From: a virus
IMG/VR virus record: IMGVR_UViG_3300017446_000007
Location: 1-43,071 of that record
Length of the DNA: 43,071 nt
Reading direction: 5' to 3' (one strand)
In this document: positions 7,026 through 16,425 of the stretch, piece after piece
How the letters are laid out: every line of letters begins with the position of its first letter
Numbering within the stretch: the first letter of the stretch is position 1
The notes under the pieces: model-generated
The model's database searches: none
What the model saw: the letters and a program-made list of their open reading frames with translations, nothing else
What the model was told of the DNA's origin: nothing
Program-made: the position numbers and the translations under genes

Positions 7026-7576
7026 GACCGATACATCGCTGCTTCAGCTGCACGACGCCGCGTGAGCCCAGCCAGAACCCGCCCGCCGGAGCGGGTCCAC
7101 CGCCCGAACTGATCGGCCGCAGCGGCAAAGTTGCCTGCGTTGTGCTGCTTTAGCAGCGTGCTGTCGCGGAATGCCTGCTCTCCGATGTTATAGGCAAGCG
7201 ATGTCATCGCTCCACGCTGGTTGTCGGAAGCGACCGGCGCTGCCTTCACGACAGCCGCCATGAATTTTGCCACGTCCGCTGCCAACCGCTCATCGGCCTG
7301 CGCCTGCGTCCAGCGCACGCCCTTTACGATGCCTGCTCCCGTCGCTCCCCAGCCGATTGTCCATGGCGCACCACCCGTGCCGGGATCAGGGTACGCGTCA
7401 AGACGGCACCCTTCGAACTGCTTGATGAGCTGCAACGCAACGGTAAGCGCGCCGTCCCCATTGCGAGAGAGGCCGAAAGCGTCCGCCAGCGCGTCAATCA
7501 CTTGCACATGGCTGGCGAGGAAGCGCCGGTCGGGCGCGAACGGTCGGATGGCGTCGAATAGTGCTGCTCGGGTCAT
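7022..7576 (-). CDS. Endolysin, GH24 (T4/lambda/P22-type) lysozyme
   Basis: 184 aa from ATG 7576 (ATGA overlap). KQFEGCRLDAYPDPGTGGAPWTIGWG catalytic E/D/T signature. Confidence 0.85.
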   Translation of the reverse strand: MTRAALFDAIRPFAPDRRFLASHVQVIDALADAFGLSRNGDGALTVALQLIKQFEGCRLDAYPDPGTGGAPWTIGWGATGAGIVKGVRWTQAQADERLAADVAKFMAAVVKAAPVASDNQRGAMTSLAYNIGEQAFRDSTLLKQHNAGNFAAAADQFGRWTRSGGRVLAGLTRRRAAEAAMYRS

Positions 7577-7902
7577 AGTTTCCCCCTGCTTTGGAGATAG
7601 CCGCGAGCCTCGTCCGCCGCGGCTCGATTGGCGTTGGCGTGCTTCCTGTCGCGGATCGTGCGGCCGATCAGGAACATCAGCACGCCAAACGTCAGGATGG
7701 TCGCCGCCCACAGGTCGAACGGGCTTCCCTCTCGCTGCCAGATGACGGGGATCGTGAGAAAGCTGGTGCCCCCGACAAAGCCAAGCCCCGTGCGCTCCAG
7801 CCCGTTCATCGTCTCTCTAAAGCGGGTGATCTTGACCACGACCACAATGGTGACGAGCAGCCGCCCAAGGGTCATCATGGCAGCGATGAGGATATCGATC
7901 AT
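7573..7902 (-). CDS. Membrane protein, holin candidate
   Basis: 109 aa, about 3 hydrophobic segments, charged C-terminus, directly upstream of the endolysin. Confidence 0.55.
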   Translation of the reverse strand: MIDILIAAMMTLGRLLVTIVVVVKITRFRETMNGLERTGLGFVGGTSFLTIPVIWQREGSPFDLWAATILTFGVLMFLIGRTIRDRKHANANRAAADEARGYLQSRGKL

Positions 7903-8225
7903 GCCGCTTCCTCCGCGCCCAGCAGCTTTTCAAGACGCCCTTTTGCCCAACGGATAATGACCGGCACGAAAGCGTTGGCTCCCGTCGCGCCGATATAGGT
8001 GAAGAAGCAGATTGCACGCAGGTTTTCGATCTGGATGCCGGCAAGATCACCGACAAGATATGGGACGCCAAACGCAGCGAAGCCGGACCCTACAAAGAGG
8101 GTCATCACGATTTCGCTCCAGCGCATCGTTCGCCATGGCATGAACGACAGCGCCGTCACGGAGCCCGCCAACGCTGCCATCGCGATGTAGAGCGCGCGAT
8201 GCTCGTTCTGGTCAATCACGACCAC
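7899..8225 (-). CDS. Membrane protein, holin/antiholin candidate
   Basis: 108 aa, several hydrophobic segments, ATGA overlap. Confidence 0.5.
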   Translation of the reverse strand: MVVIDQNEHRALYIAMAALAGSVTALSFMPWRTMRWSEIVMTLFVGSGFAAFGVPYLVGDLAGIQIENLRAICFFTYIGATGANAFVPVIIRWAKGRLEKLLGAEEAA

Positions 8226-8722
8226 GCCTCAGGAACCCGGCGGGAAGCGCGGCCCATAACACGAACGCGACCCCAGCAATCAGACAAACGATCGGCACAG
8301 CCCGGCCCTCCAGCCATGAAGATGACAGCCAGCTGCACAGCCAGCCCGGCGTCGAGAACCGAAGCGTAATCGACGTATTGAAGCCCTGCGCTCCAAGCCA
8401 CTGCGTGCATCGTCAGGTCGATCAGGTAGACCGACCAGATCACCGGCGCCCACCATACCCGCCAGCAGACGCGCACCGCAGTTACCAGCGCCACCAGGTC
8501 GAACAGCGCCATGCCGTCCGTCTGCTTGCCCGGCAGCCCCCATGCGTGGACGATTGCCGAATACGACCAATCGACGTTGATCCATGGCATGTTGCACGCC
8601 AGCCAGTTCAACGCGATAATGCCCGCCACCTTCACCGCGCACGCGCGGTCATGCCGAGCGCAAGCCGCAACCGCGATCGACAGCAGGCACAGAATGCCGA
8701 AGGTGACGAGCTTGGCGCTCAC
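8216..8722 (-). CDS. Polytopic membrane protein
   Basis: 168 aa, Trp-rich hydrophobic segments. GTG start in a GTGA overlap. Confidence 0.55.
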   Translation of the reverse strand: MSAKLVTFGILCLLSIAVAACARHDRACAVKVAGIIALNWLACNMPWINVDWSYSAIVHAWGLPGKQTDGMALFDLVALVTAVRVCWRVWWAPVIWSVYLIDLTMHAVAWSAGLQYVDYASVLDAGLAVQLAVIFMAGGPGCADRLSDCWGRVRVMGRASRRVPEAWS

Positions 8723-8886
8723 TTGGGCTTGGGTTCCGGCGGGTTGCCAGTGCCACCGCCGCCGGACTGCGGCGTCGCGGTGCCGCCATCCTGACCCGGC
8801 TTCACCGGCTTCGGCGCTTCACACGCCTTCTGCTCGGCTTCCGTCGCGTCGATATCGGCCGGGCAGTGGATAGGTACGTCCTGCAT
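8719..8886 (-). CDS. Micro-ORF, 55-aa Pro/Gly-rich protein
   Basis: ATG 8886 lies 6 nt after GGGAGA (alternative ATG 8892). The stop overlaps the next GTG start. Confidence 0.35.
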   Translation of the reverse strand: MQDVPIHCPADIDATEAEQKACEAPKPVKPGQDGGTATPQSGGGGTGNPPEPKPK

Positions 8887-8917
8887 TGTCATTCTCCCAA
8901 ACTGGATAGCCGTCGCG

Positions 8918-11197
8918 TCATAGATTGGCGCCCGCGACCCAAGTACCCGGTGCCCCGGCGACCGTGCAGTATTGCGCCGTGGGCTGCCCGACTGTCGGTG
9001 TAGGCGTGCGCGTCATGGCTCCAGCTGGCCATGTTCCGATCGTAGGGGGCGATGCCGAAACGAGGGTTGGAAGGCCGGCATTCAACGCCACCTCGAATGC
9101 GATCGGGTTGCCGCCCAGCGCGCCACCACCAAACTTCTTGGTGTTGCCCGAGCTGCGATCGTTCTGGACATAAACCATGCCGGCTGATGTGGACGACCCA
9201 AAGGCGTAGGCGGTGTCGCACGCGCGGATCGCGTTCCCAGTGATCTCCGCGGCCAGAAGGCTGCCGACATAGAAAATCGGTGCGATGCCGTGCCGGAAGT
9301 TGCCAATCTCGTTGTTGCGGATCGTGAGGCCCGCCGACACCGCGTTCGCATCGAACAGGATGCCGGTGTTTTCCAAGGCAGTCGCCGTGAGGCCGGCTCC
9401 CGTCAGAACATTGCCGTCGACGATGATGCGTTCGTTACTCGCGCTGACGTTGAGGCCCAGCTGAATGGCGGGGGCCGTCGTGTTAGGACGGATGGCGCTG
9501 TTGCCCCTTAAGGTGAACGTTTCCGCGATGCTCCGAACGATGGTCTGGCTGTAATAATAGTCCGATCTCTCGGCACCGACCGACCGATTGCCTTCCACCG
9601 TGACATTGCGCGCGCCATACACGACGGCAACCGAATGCGAGGCTGATCCGACAATAGTGTTCCCGCGTACCATCGTGGAGGCCGTCTGCATCGGCTCCCC
9701 GTTCGGCTGCACGCAGATGCCCGCCGAGCCACCGAACGTGGGGTCGAGCGAGTTGATAACGAGGTTGCCCTCGACCAGATCGCCATCGCCCTGCGCAGCG
9801 AGGCAGATGCCCGACGACAGCCCCGGCTGAATGGGTCCGCCAGCCGGGATCAGACCGGTATCCGCGATGATGTTGCTCTTGATGATGACCGGATAATTGA
9901 TCGCGCCCGCCGTCTGACCAGCCTGACGGTAGATGCCGCCCGAGTTGGTGTTGCGGATCAGGTTGTCGGTGCAGATCACGGTCTTGGCGCTCTGGCCATA
10001 GCCCAGTACGATCCCCCACCGCCGCTTCAGCGTCGCCTGCGGGACAAGCGCCGCGGTCGCATAGTCCAGTGCCACGCACCAGTTGCCGTTTATGATGATG
10101 TCCTGATCCGAGCCCCCAGCCGAGACGTAAATGCCTTGGCTGTTGTTCGAGTAGCAGCGGTTGCCCGTGAGGTGCGCGCCTCGATACACATCAGTCCCAG
10201 ACGCGGACCAGACCATGATGTCCGCGGACGTGCTGCTGAGGTAGCGATTGCCGTAAAAGGTGTTATTGCGCACCGTGGCGAACAGGCAGTTCCGCAGATA
10301 AATGCCATTATGCTGGAAGTTGCTAATGCGGCAATCTTCTACAACGACATGCTCAGCGCCCTCAGCGAAGATGCCATTCGAGGTTTCAAAGGACGCGCCA
10401 TCGAGATTGCCGTTAGGTCCAATGATCGTCGCGTTGATGATCTTCGAGCCGTCACTCAGGCGGAAGGCATTCTTTCCGGGCGTGATCTGCTGGAACGTTG
10501 CGCCTCCGGCATCGAAGCAAACGCCAGCGGGAATGACGATTTCGTCGTTGATCCGGAATACCACGCCCTTCGTCGCCCACGACGGTGCGAATTTCGATCC
10601 GATCGAAATCGCGCGGGCGATGCTGTCGTTGTCTATCGCACCACTCGAAAGCAGTGCGGCCGGGCGAAGAAACAGCTCGCCTTGCCGGACCCAGGCCCCC
10701 TCCGCGGGCGGCACGTCATCCGCCGCAATGTACGTCGTGTCGTCCGCCTTGCTGGTGAAGTCGCCGGGGGTCCAATAGAAGCGCCCATCGGGAACCCCCG
10801 GCACGCCGACCAGCGATGCCGCCTTGCGGTCGATGTCCGACGCCTTGAAGGTGGCCAAGGCTGTGTAAGTGTTATCGGCTGCCCCAGCCGCACCCGTCGC
10901 GCCACCTACAGAGCCGGGCACATATGGGTCGACTTCGTCAAGCGTGGCCCCGAGCGCATCGGACAGAAGCACTCGGTACAACAGTGAAGGATCAATGTAG
11001 ATCGGAGGCCACTTCCCAGCCGCGTTTGCCTCAACGGGGTTATCAAGCGGCACCGTCAATGCAGCGTCCGCGTACACGGTCTGCGGCGTGTTCGTGCCTG
11101 AAATGAAAAACGCTAGCTTCGCGCCCGGCACCACCAGCCCATTCGGGTCCAGCGCGGGCCGAAAGGGGAGGTAGAATAGCTCGAATGGGTCAGCCAT
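8918..11197 (-). CDS. Tailspike with right-handed beta-helix (pectate-lyase-like) polysaccharide depolymerase domain
   Basis: 759 aa. Many periodic xGNxI/V repeats (NNTFYGN, LTGNRC, INGNWC, VEGNLV, VRGNTI, VEGNRS, LRGNSA, VDGNVL, IRNNEI, ITGNAI). Occupies the P22 gene 9 position. Confidence 0.75.
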   Translation of the reverse strand: MADPFELFYLPFRPALDPNGLVVPGAKLAFFISGTNTPQTVYADAALTVPLDNPVEANAAGKWPPIYIDPSLLYRVLLSDALGATLDEVDPYVPGSVGGATGAAGAADNTYTALATFKASDIDRKAASLVGVPGVPDGRFYWTPGDFTSKADDTTYIAADDVPPAEGAWVRQGELFLRPAALLSSGAIDNDSIARAISIGSKFAPSWATKGVVFRINDEIVIPAGVCFDAGGATFQQITPGKNAFRLSDGSKIINATIIGPNGNLDGASFETSNGIFAEGAEHVVVEDCRISNFQHNGIYLRNCLFATVRNNTFYGNRYLSSTSADIMVWSASGTDVYRGAHLTGNRCYSNNSQGIYVSAGGSDQDIIINGNWCVALDYATAALVPQATLKRRWGIVLGYGQSAKTVICTDNLIRNTNSGGIYRQAGQTAGAINYPVIIKSNIIADTGLIPAGGPIQPGLSSGICLAAQGDGDLVEGNLVINSLDPTFGGSAGICVQPNGEPMQTASTMVRGNTIVGSASHSVAVVYGARNVTVEGNRSVGAERSDYYYSQTIVRSIAETFTLRGNSAIRPNTTAPAIQLGLNVSASNERIIVDGNVLTGAGLTATALENTGILFDANAVSAGLTIRNNEIGNFRHGIAPIFYVGSLLAAEITGNAIRACDTAYAFGSSTSAGMVYVQNDRSSGNTKKFGGGALGGNPIAFEVALNAGLPTLVSASPPTIGTWPAGAMTRTPTPTVGQPTAQYCTVAGAPGTWVAGANL

Positions 11198-11273
11198 GTC
11201 GCTTCCGGTTCATGCACGGGAGGCGCCATCCGGGCCGATCATAAACCGCTATGCGGGGCGAGACGGGCAAGGT

Positions 11274-11282
11274 ATACTAGGC
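11274..11282 (-). promoter_or_regulatory. GCCTAGTAT motif copy 1
   Basis: Exact 9-mer on the minus strand, 77 nt upstream of the tailspike ATG 11197. Confidence 0.5.
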
Positions 11283-11284
11283 AG

Positions 11285-11470
11285 ATGATCGTAGGTCTGC
11301 TCGTCATCATCTGTGTTTTGCTTGCGGGCATCTGGTTCGACATGGCCGCAAACGCCCGCGCGACAAGGCAGCTTATTATTTCAGCCAGTGACCTAAATAT
11401 CGAAAAACAGCAGGCGACCGAACGCCGTCTAGAAACGATCGAACACAAGATCCCTTCGCGCTTCGAATGA
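11285..11470 (+). CDS. Small N-terminal-TM protein on the opposite strand (P22 sieA/immI position)
   Basis: 61 aa in a locally AT-rich stretch. TATACT (11273-11278) lies 6 nt before the ATG, suggesting a leaderless mRNA. Convergent with the upstream ejection gene. Confidence 0.45.
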   Translation: MIVGLLVIICVLLAGIWFDMAANARATRQLIISASDLNIEKQQATERRLETIEHKIPSRFE

Positions 11471-11475
11471 AGCGA

Positions 11476-13797
11476 CTACCTCCCGATGTTGCTGCCCGTG
11501 ACAGTCAGGCCCGGGATAAGACCAGCAGTGGTGTCGATGCTACGCGAGTATGCGCCGATGCGCCGAGCCTCGGCAGCCTGAACCGCAGCGTTAGCCTCTT
11601 GAACAGCTTGGCGGAGGGCCGCAGGATCAGACTCGCTGAGCAGCGAAGCAATGCTTTGACGAACGCGCTGTCCGGCCTCACCGCGGCCGAACTTACCAGC
11701 TTCAACGGCTTCGCTGAGCAGCGACAGGGCCATGCCGCTGATACCACCGCCCTGCGCGCCCCTAACCGCGACGTTGAAGGCCGTTTCCTGCAATCCGGGG
11801 TCCATCGTCTGCGCATCCGCGGCTAGGCGCTCAGCGGTCGGCGAGCCTGTCGCGACGGCCCGGAATGTGTCATTGCCCGAGCGCTCAAGGCCAAGAGACG
11901 CCTCAAAGCGTGCCAGCCCTTCGTCGCCGCCGAACAATGTTTGCAGGGCGGCGCGCTTCGCAGGTGTGCCCAGAACAGCTCGCGCCTTGTCAGCGTCATC
12001 AACGCGGCCTTCTAACGACTTTGCAAGCGCCGATCGGTAGCCGAGCGCAAATTGCTCGCGGTCTGGATCAGAGAGTGAGCCGACTTTACGGGCTAGCTCC
12101 TCATCAGACCAGCGTAGAGCGTCGCGACCTTCTTCAAGAGCAGACCGCGCTGACGCAGGACCAGCATATGCTGATCGGGCCTCGGCATAGGCGGGATTAA
12201 GACGATCGACCTCGTTGACGAGGCTCGCTCGCACATCGTTGATGGCTCGACCGGCCTCGTCAAGAACCAGCTTGCCGGTGAGCGGGTTGCGACTGGGTTC
12301 AAGTAAATCATCTAGGCCACGCTTTACGTAATCCAGCGTTTGGGTGGTGTACCCATTCTGGGTCGCAGCCGTTCCCTCTGCTAGCCGGCCATCAAGAGCG
12401 CTGGTGGCGTCGGTTAGCCCAGCACGCGCCTGAAGCAGCGCCTCTCGTGAAGCATCTGTGTCCGAGCCGGCGGTACGCAACGCAAGACGATGCGCCTCCT
12501 GAGCAGCATCGAATGCGCTTTTGGCTTCAGCCTGTTTTTGGAAGAGGTCGAGGCGGACCGGATTAAGTACGACATCGCCGTTTTCATCCAGCGCGAAGCC
12601 CATCTCGGACGGATCGCGGCGTTCGTTTGCAGCGATCGTGCGAGCGCGACTCAGCGCTTGGCGCCCCGCAGGGGTCGTCAGGATCGCATCAAGCTCAGGC
12701 GTCGAAACGACCGGCGCTGCGTAGGCCCGCTCGTAAATGGGTGCCGCTGCCTGTCGCGCTTGAGCCTGAAGCTGGTCGGAAACCTCATAAGTGTTGGCGA
12801 CAGGACCAAGATCGCGCTCGATGAACCCTCGAACGCGGTCACCTTGCTGCTGCTGACGTTCGGTAACCGCGTTGCGAACGATCGTCCGCGATGGACCAGG
12901 CTGACGCGACACTGAGGCAGCGAGGGTGCGGGCATTCTCGCCCGTGTCGGCAAGCATGAATGGCACGCCAAGGTTCCGCGCCTCATCCATCATAGCGCCT
13001 GCGCTGGCGCCTGTGTTGGCGTCAGCAGCGATAGCCTTCCCAACGATCTCGCGCGCCAGCTCATCCTGCGATTTGCCGAGCAGGCGTGACGCTCCCGCGC
13101 GGAGATTTGTTGCGACCGACCCCGCGACCGGGACCACACCTCCTAGAGCGCCGCCTAACCCGCCTCCCAAAATGCTGCCAGTGATGCTAGTTTCGGTGTC
13201 GCGTCCACCACCAAAGCCAGCCAGCGCGCCACCTAGCACACCGACCTTCGCACCGGATTTGATCGCCGATAGCGCATTCGGCACGGCGCGAACTGCGCCG
13301 GCCGGGTTCATACCAACGAAGCCACCAAGGATCGTCGCGAGCGTACCTGCGATCGGCGAGGCCGACAGTGCATCATCCGCACGCTTACGCTCGGCATCAC
13401 GGGCGTCATAATACGCCTGCTTTGGGTCGAATTCGCCGGTGAAAGGCGACTTGACGACATTCACCAGTGCGTTGCCAATGCCGGCGATTTCATCAGAGAG
13501 CCCGTAGAGCGCGCCTTGATTGATAAGCGTGCCGATACCCGAAGGAGCGCCGATCCTCTCCTGCGCGTCATAGAGCCGCTGCGCGCCCGGCGACAAAGCG
13601 TTTTCCACCGGCGTGGGAGCGATCGTTGGCGCAGCCACGGGCTTCGCGACGACGGTTTGCCGGCCGACATACTTCGACCCCCGCTGGCGAAGCTGGTCCT
13701 GTGCGAACGAGATCAGCTCGTCATCCGTCGCGTCTTCCGGCCCTTCGACCGTCATCGCTTCGCCATCAGGCGTGGTGATCTTGTACTGACGGGCCAT
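11476..13797 (-). CDS. Ejection/internal virion protein (P22 gp16 position)
   Basis: 773 aa, Ala/Gly-rich with a glycine-zipper hydrophobic block (GGALAGFGGG...GGGLGGALGG). Call is by synteny. Confidence 0.55.
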   Translation of the reverse strand: MARQYKITTPDGEAMTVEGPEDATDDELISFAQDQLRQRGSKYVGRQTVVAKPVAAPTIAPTPVENALSPGAQRLYDAQERIGAPSGIGTLINQGALYGLSDEIAGIGNALVNVVKSPFTGEFDPKQAYYDARDAERKRADDALSASPIAGTLATILGGFVGMNPAGAVRAVPNALSAIKSGAKVGVLGGALAGFGGGRDTETSITGSILGGGLGGALGGVVPVAGSVATNLRAGASRLLGKSQDELAREIVGKAIAADANTGASAGAMMDEARNLGVPFMLADTGENARTLAASVSRQPGPSRTIVRNAVTERQQQQGDRVRGFIERDLGPVANTYEVSDQLQAQARQAAAPIYERAYAAPVVSTPELDAILTTPAGRQALSRARTIAANERRDPSEMGFALDENGDVVLNPVRLDLFQKQAEAKSAFDAAQEAHRLALRTAGSDTDASREALLQARAGLTDATSALDGRLAEGTAATQNGYTTQTLDYVKRGLDDLLEPSRNPLTGKLVLDEAGRAINDVRASLVNEVDRLNPAYAEARSAYAGPASARSALEEGRDALRWSDEELARKVGSLSDPDREQFALGYRSALAKSLEGRVDDADKARAVLGTPAKRAALQTLFGGDEGLARFEASLGLERSGNDTFRAVATGSPTAERLAADAQTMDPGLQETAFNVAVRGAQGGGISGMALSLLSEAVEAGKFGRGEAGQRVRQSIASLLSESDPAALRQAVQEANAAVQAAEARRIGAYSRSIDTTAGLIPGLTVTGSNIGR

Positions 13798-15110
13798 CAG
13801 CGGACCACCTTGAAGCCGTCGCGGCGGGCGGCGGGGGCGGGCTTGCCCGCAAGATCGCGGTACCCCGATCGTGTAGCGTTGATGAGATCTCGGTAACCCG
13901 CCAGCGTCTCAGCTAAACCCTCATCCGTTTGCGCGCGGCTAGGCTGGCCTGCTTCAGCAAGCCGACTCTCGTAATCCGACATCGCGCCCTCGCCTGGGAC
14001 GCGCGTAAGCTGTCGAATAAGTGGCGCTAGTTGGCGGATAGCCGCGTCGGCTGCGCTGTCTTTACCACTGATGCCACCGGGCAATCGGCCAGCGACCGGG
14101 CCGCGGTATTTTGCGGCTTTCAGTGCCTTCTCAACGCGGTTGAGCTGATTGTCGATGGCGTCGAGGGCTGTCAGTTTGGTTTTTGCGAGTGCGACCGTTG
14201 CCGGCTTCGGAGCTTCGCGACCGGCTTGAGCCATATCCTGCCCGCGCATTGACACAGCTTGGCCAGCAGCTGCGGTCGCGGCCGACATGTCTTGCCCGCG
14301 GCGCGTAGTCGCTGCGCTAATATCCTGACCACGACGTGCGGTAGACGCGCTGACGTCCTGCCCCCGCATCGTGACCTTTTGCCCGGCTTCGGAGCGTCGA
14401 TCAGCAATGATCTTGTCAACGCCGGCTCCGATGTTGACGAGCCCACGGATGTTATCGTCAGTCGGATCGAACGCGGCAATGTCATTCGCAGTCCAGCCCG
14501 CATCTTTTAGTAGAGGGGCGCTGCTGTCGATAAATGCCGCGCGTTCAGATACGGGAAGGTCAGAAGCAGCCAAGGCCACCGCCGCGCCTACTCCCATCCG
14601 GTGGGTGAACTGCTTCTGCTCGTTATCTGTCAGCTTTCCTACATGCTCTGTTAGGTCAGCCGCAAGTTTCGGGTCGTATTCGGCAAGGTCGGCGACAGTA
14701 GGCATTGGTGCTGCTGCCTGCTGGCGCGCACCTGTGACAACGATGTCGCCACTTGCGTCGGTTGGAGAGCCTACCAACGGAACGCTGGATGATGATGCCA
14801 CAGCGGGTGCCGCACCACCCAACGCATCGGGCGTTCCGCGCAGGATGTTGGCGTAAACCCTGTTGCCCTGCATCTGACGGTTGAGAGCCCCGACCTCGCG
14901 ACTGTTCTTCGCGGCGAGAGCTGCTGCTTGAGGGTTGGCAGCCCACAATGCCGCAGGGACAGGACCGCCGGGATTGGCGCCATAAGCGGCTAGTGCATCC
15001 TCCTGCACCTGCTGCTTGCGCTGCGTCCGCGCCGTCTCGAAACCCTGCGAGAACGCCGCGCCAGCATCAGGCGCGCCGCTCAGGATGCCCCAGTTGATCT
15101 GCAACGGCAT
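13797..15110 (-). CDS. Ejection/internal virion protein (P22 gp20 position)
   Basis: 437 aa. Contains RRGQD(V/I/M)SA repeats. Call is by synteny. Confidence 0.55.
   Translation of the reverse strand: MPLQINWGILSGAPDAGAAFSQGFETARTQRKQQVQEDALAAYGANPGGPVPAALWAANPQAAALAAKNSREVGALNRQMQGNRVYANILRGTPDALGGAAPAVASSSSVPLVGSPTDASGDIVVTGARQQAAAPMPTVADLAEYDPKLAADLTEHVGKLTDNEQKQFTHRMGVGAAVALAASDLPVSERAAFIDSSAPLLKDAGWTANDIAAFDPTDDNIRGLVNIGAGVDKIIADRRSEAGQKVTMRGQDVSASTARRGQDISAATTRRGQDMSAATAAAGQAVSMRGQDMAQAGREAPKPATVALAKTKLTALDAIDNQLNRVEKALKAAKYRGPVAGRLPGGISGKDSAADAAIRQLAPLIRQLTRVPGEGAMSDYESRLAEAGQPSRAQTDEGLAETLAGYRDLINATRSGYRDLAGKPAPAARRDGFKVVR
14232..14369 (-). repeat. Imperfect 33-nt (11-aa) tandem repeats encoding (R/M)RGQDxSAxT
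   Basis: RGQD cores at 14352-14369, 14319-14336 and 14286-14303 (33-nt period), a degenerate copy, then 14232-14249. Confidence 0.7.
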
Positions 15111-15235
15111 CAGCGCTTCTCCAACTCGGCAATGCGAGCCTTGATGGCGGCGACATTCTCGCTCAGCCCGGGGCGTCCCTCACGAACAGCCAGTTTCTCA
15201 CGCAGCGATGCAAGCTCCTGCTCTACATCAGCCAC
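15110..15235 (-). CDS. Micro-ORF, 41-aa coiled-coil-like peptide
   Basis: Fills the gap exactly. GTG 15235 overlaps the upstream stop and its TGA shares one nt with the next ATG. Sequence VADVEQELASLREKLAVREGRPGLSENVAAIKARIAELEKR. Confidence 0.3.
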   Translation of the reverse strand: MADVEQELASLREKLAVREGRPGLSENVAAIKARIAELEKR

Positions 15236-16001
15236 CGAACGGGTTCCTTCCGCCGAAGTAATTGAACGGGTTTTGCTGGATCATGCCGTAGCTGTTGGTC
15301 AGCGACCCGTAGCCTGGTGAGTTATACCCGCCCGGCATGCCCAGAGCTGAAGGCGTGGTGTTACCATAGCTGCTTTGCCCGAAATAGGTGCCCGCTGCGT
15401 TGGCGATCCCAGCCAAAGCGTTCTGCTGGGACTGAGCGCCGTACAGAGCCGCGTTGGCCTGCGCGCTGGCTGCTCCCTGATTGGAATTCGTGACCTGATT
15501 GACGTAGCTGGCACCCGAGCCGGTCACCGCGCCCAAGGCATTCAGCCCCGCTCCCTGCTGGTTACCGAGCATCCCGACATACTGCCCAAAATTCTGGTTG
15601 CTGTAGTCGGTGCCGTATTTGAGCAGCGCCTTCTGCGCGGCCCCGCTCTCCAGCGCGCCACGCGCGGCATATCCGGTGTTGATAGCGTTCTGGCCTTCGT
15701 TCAAGCCGGTCTGGTAGCCGGTCGATCCTCGCCAAGCCGCTAGCGCGTCCTGTGCCGCGCCCGCGTTGCCGCCCAGCCCTAGCAGGGCGTTGATTTGCGC
15801 GCCGGCCGCGTTGCCCCGATCAACGGTCGGCTGCGCCATGCCGACGTTCTGCTGATAGATGTTCTGCGCCAGCGCGCGATCAGCCGCGGCGGACTTAGCA
15901 GCGACATCGGCTGCCTTCTTAGCACCCTTACCGCCCGTGATCCCCGAGAACAGGCTTGCTCCCGCTGAGATCGCTGATGCTGCTACAAGGGGAGCTACCA
16001 T
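15228..16001 (-). CDS. Gly/Ala/Asn/Gln-rich ejection/internal virion protein (P22 gp7 position)
   Basis: 257 aa, low-complexity. GAGGAAG lies before ATG 16001. Confidence 0.55.
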   Translation of the reverse strand: MVAPLVAASAISAGASLFSGITGGKGAKKAADVAAKSAAADRALAQNIYQQNVGMAQPTVDRGNAAGAQINALLGLGGNAGAAQDALAAWRGSTGYQTGLNEGQNAINTGYAARGALESGAAQKALLKYGTDYSNQNFGQYVGMLGNQQGAGLNALGAVTGSGASYVNQVTNSNQGAASAQANAALYGAQSQQNALAGIANAAGTYFGQSSYGNTTPSALGMPGGYNSPGYGSLTNSYGMIQQNPFNYFGGRNPFGG

Positions 16002-16425
16002 TCTGCTTCCTCAGGACGAAGCGCTGCACTTCGCCCAACACGTCATGGAAGCCGATCCCGGCACACTGAAATCCAACTCTGCGGTTAAAGCAGAGGGCAG
16101 CGCGATGAATACTAGGCGTCTCCCCCCACAGCATGTCGGCGTGGTTGGCGAGCATGAACGCAGCCATTTCCTTTGCCGCCGCGATTGCCCGCGCACCTCT
16201 CACCTCAGGCAGGAACATGGTATGACATTGCCAGACGCTAGGCGCAGACCACTCGAACAATGCGCCACAAGCCTCGCCGTCTGTCAGCACGACATAGCTA
16301 TCTGGACGGTCAACGCAGGGGCCAAAATCCAACTTGCCCTTATGTCCAAGGTCGAAATGAGGCAGCACAGCCGGGTGATTGACGATGCGGTTGATGACCG
16401 CCGCATCAGTTTCCCTCCGGATCAA
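15928..16425 (-). CDS. Hypothetical protein in the P22 gp14 position (acetyltransferase-fold-like C-terminal half)
   Basis: 165 aa, ATGA overlap upstream. The last 74 nt overlap the next gene out of frame. Confidence 0.5.
   Translation of the reverse strand: MIRRETDAAVINRIVNHPAVLPHFDLGHKGKLDFGPCVDRPDSYVVLTDGEACGALFEWSAPSVWQCHTMFLPEVRGARAIAAAKEMAAFMLANHADMLWGETPSIHRAALCFNRRVGFQCAGIGFHDVLGEVQRFVLRKQNGSSPCSSISDLSGSKPVLGDHGR
16109..16117 (-). promoter_or_regulatory. GCCTAGTAT motif copy 2
   Basis: Exact 9-mer, 108 nt upstream of ATG 16001, inside CDS 15928-16425. Confidence 0.4.

Noticed and set aside
8918-11197. A diversity-generating retroelement acting on the tailspike or fibre
   Set aside because: No reverse-transcriptase-like ORF occurs anywhere in the window, and I saw no template/variable repeat pair near the 3' end of the gene.
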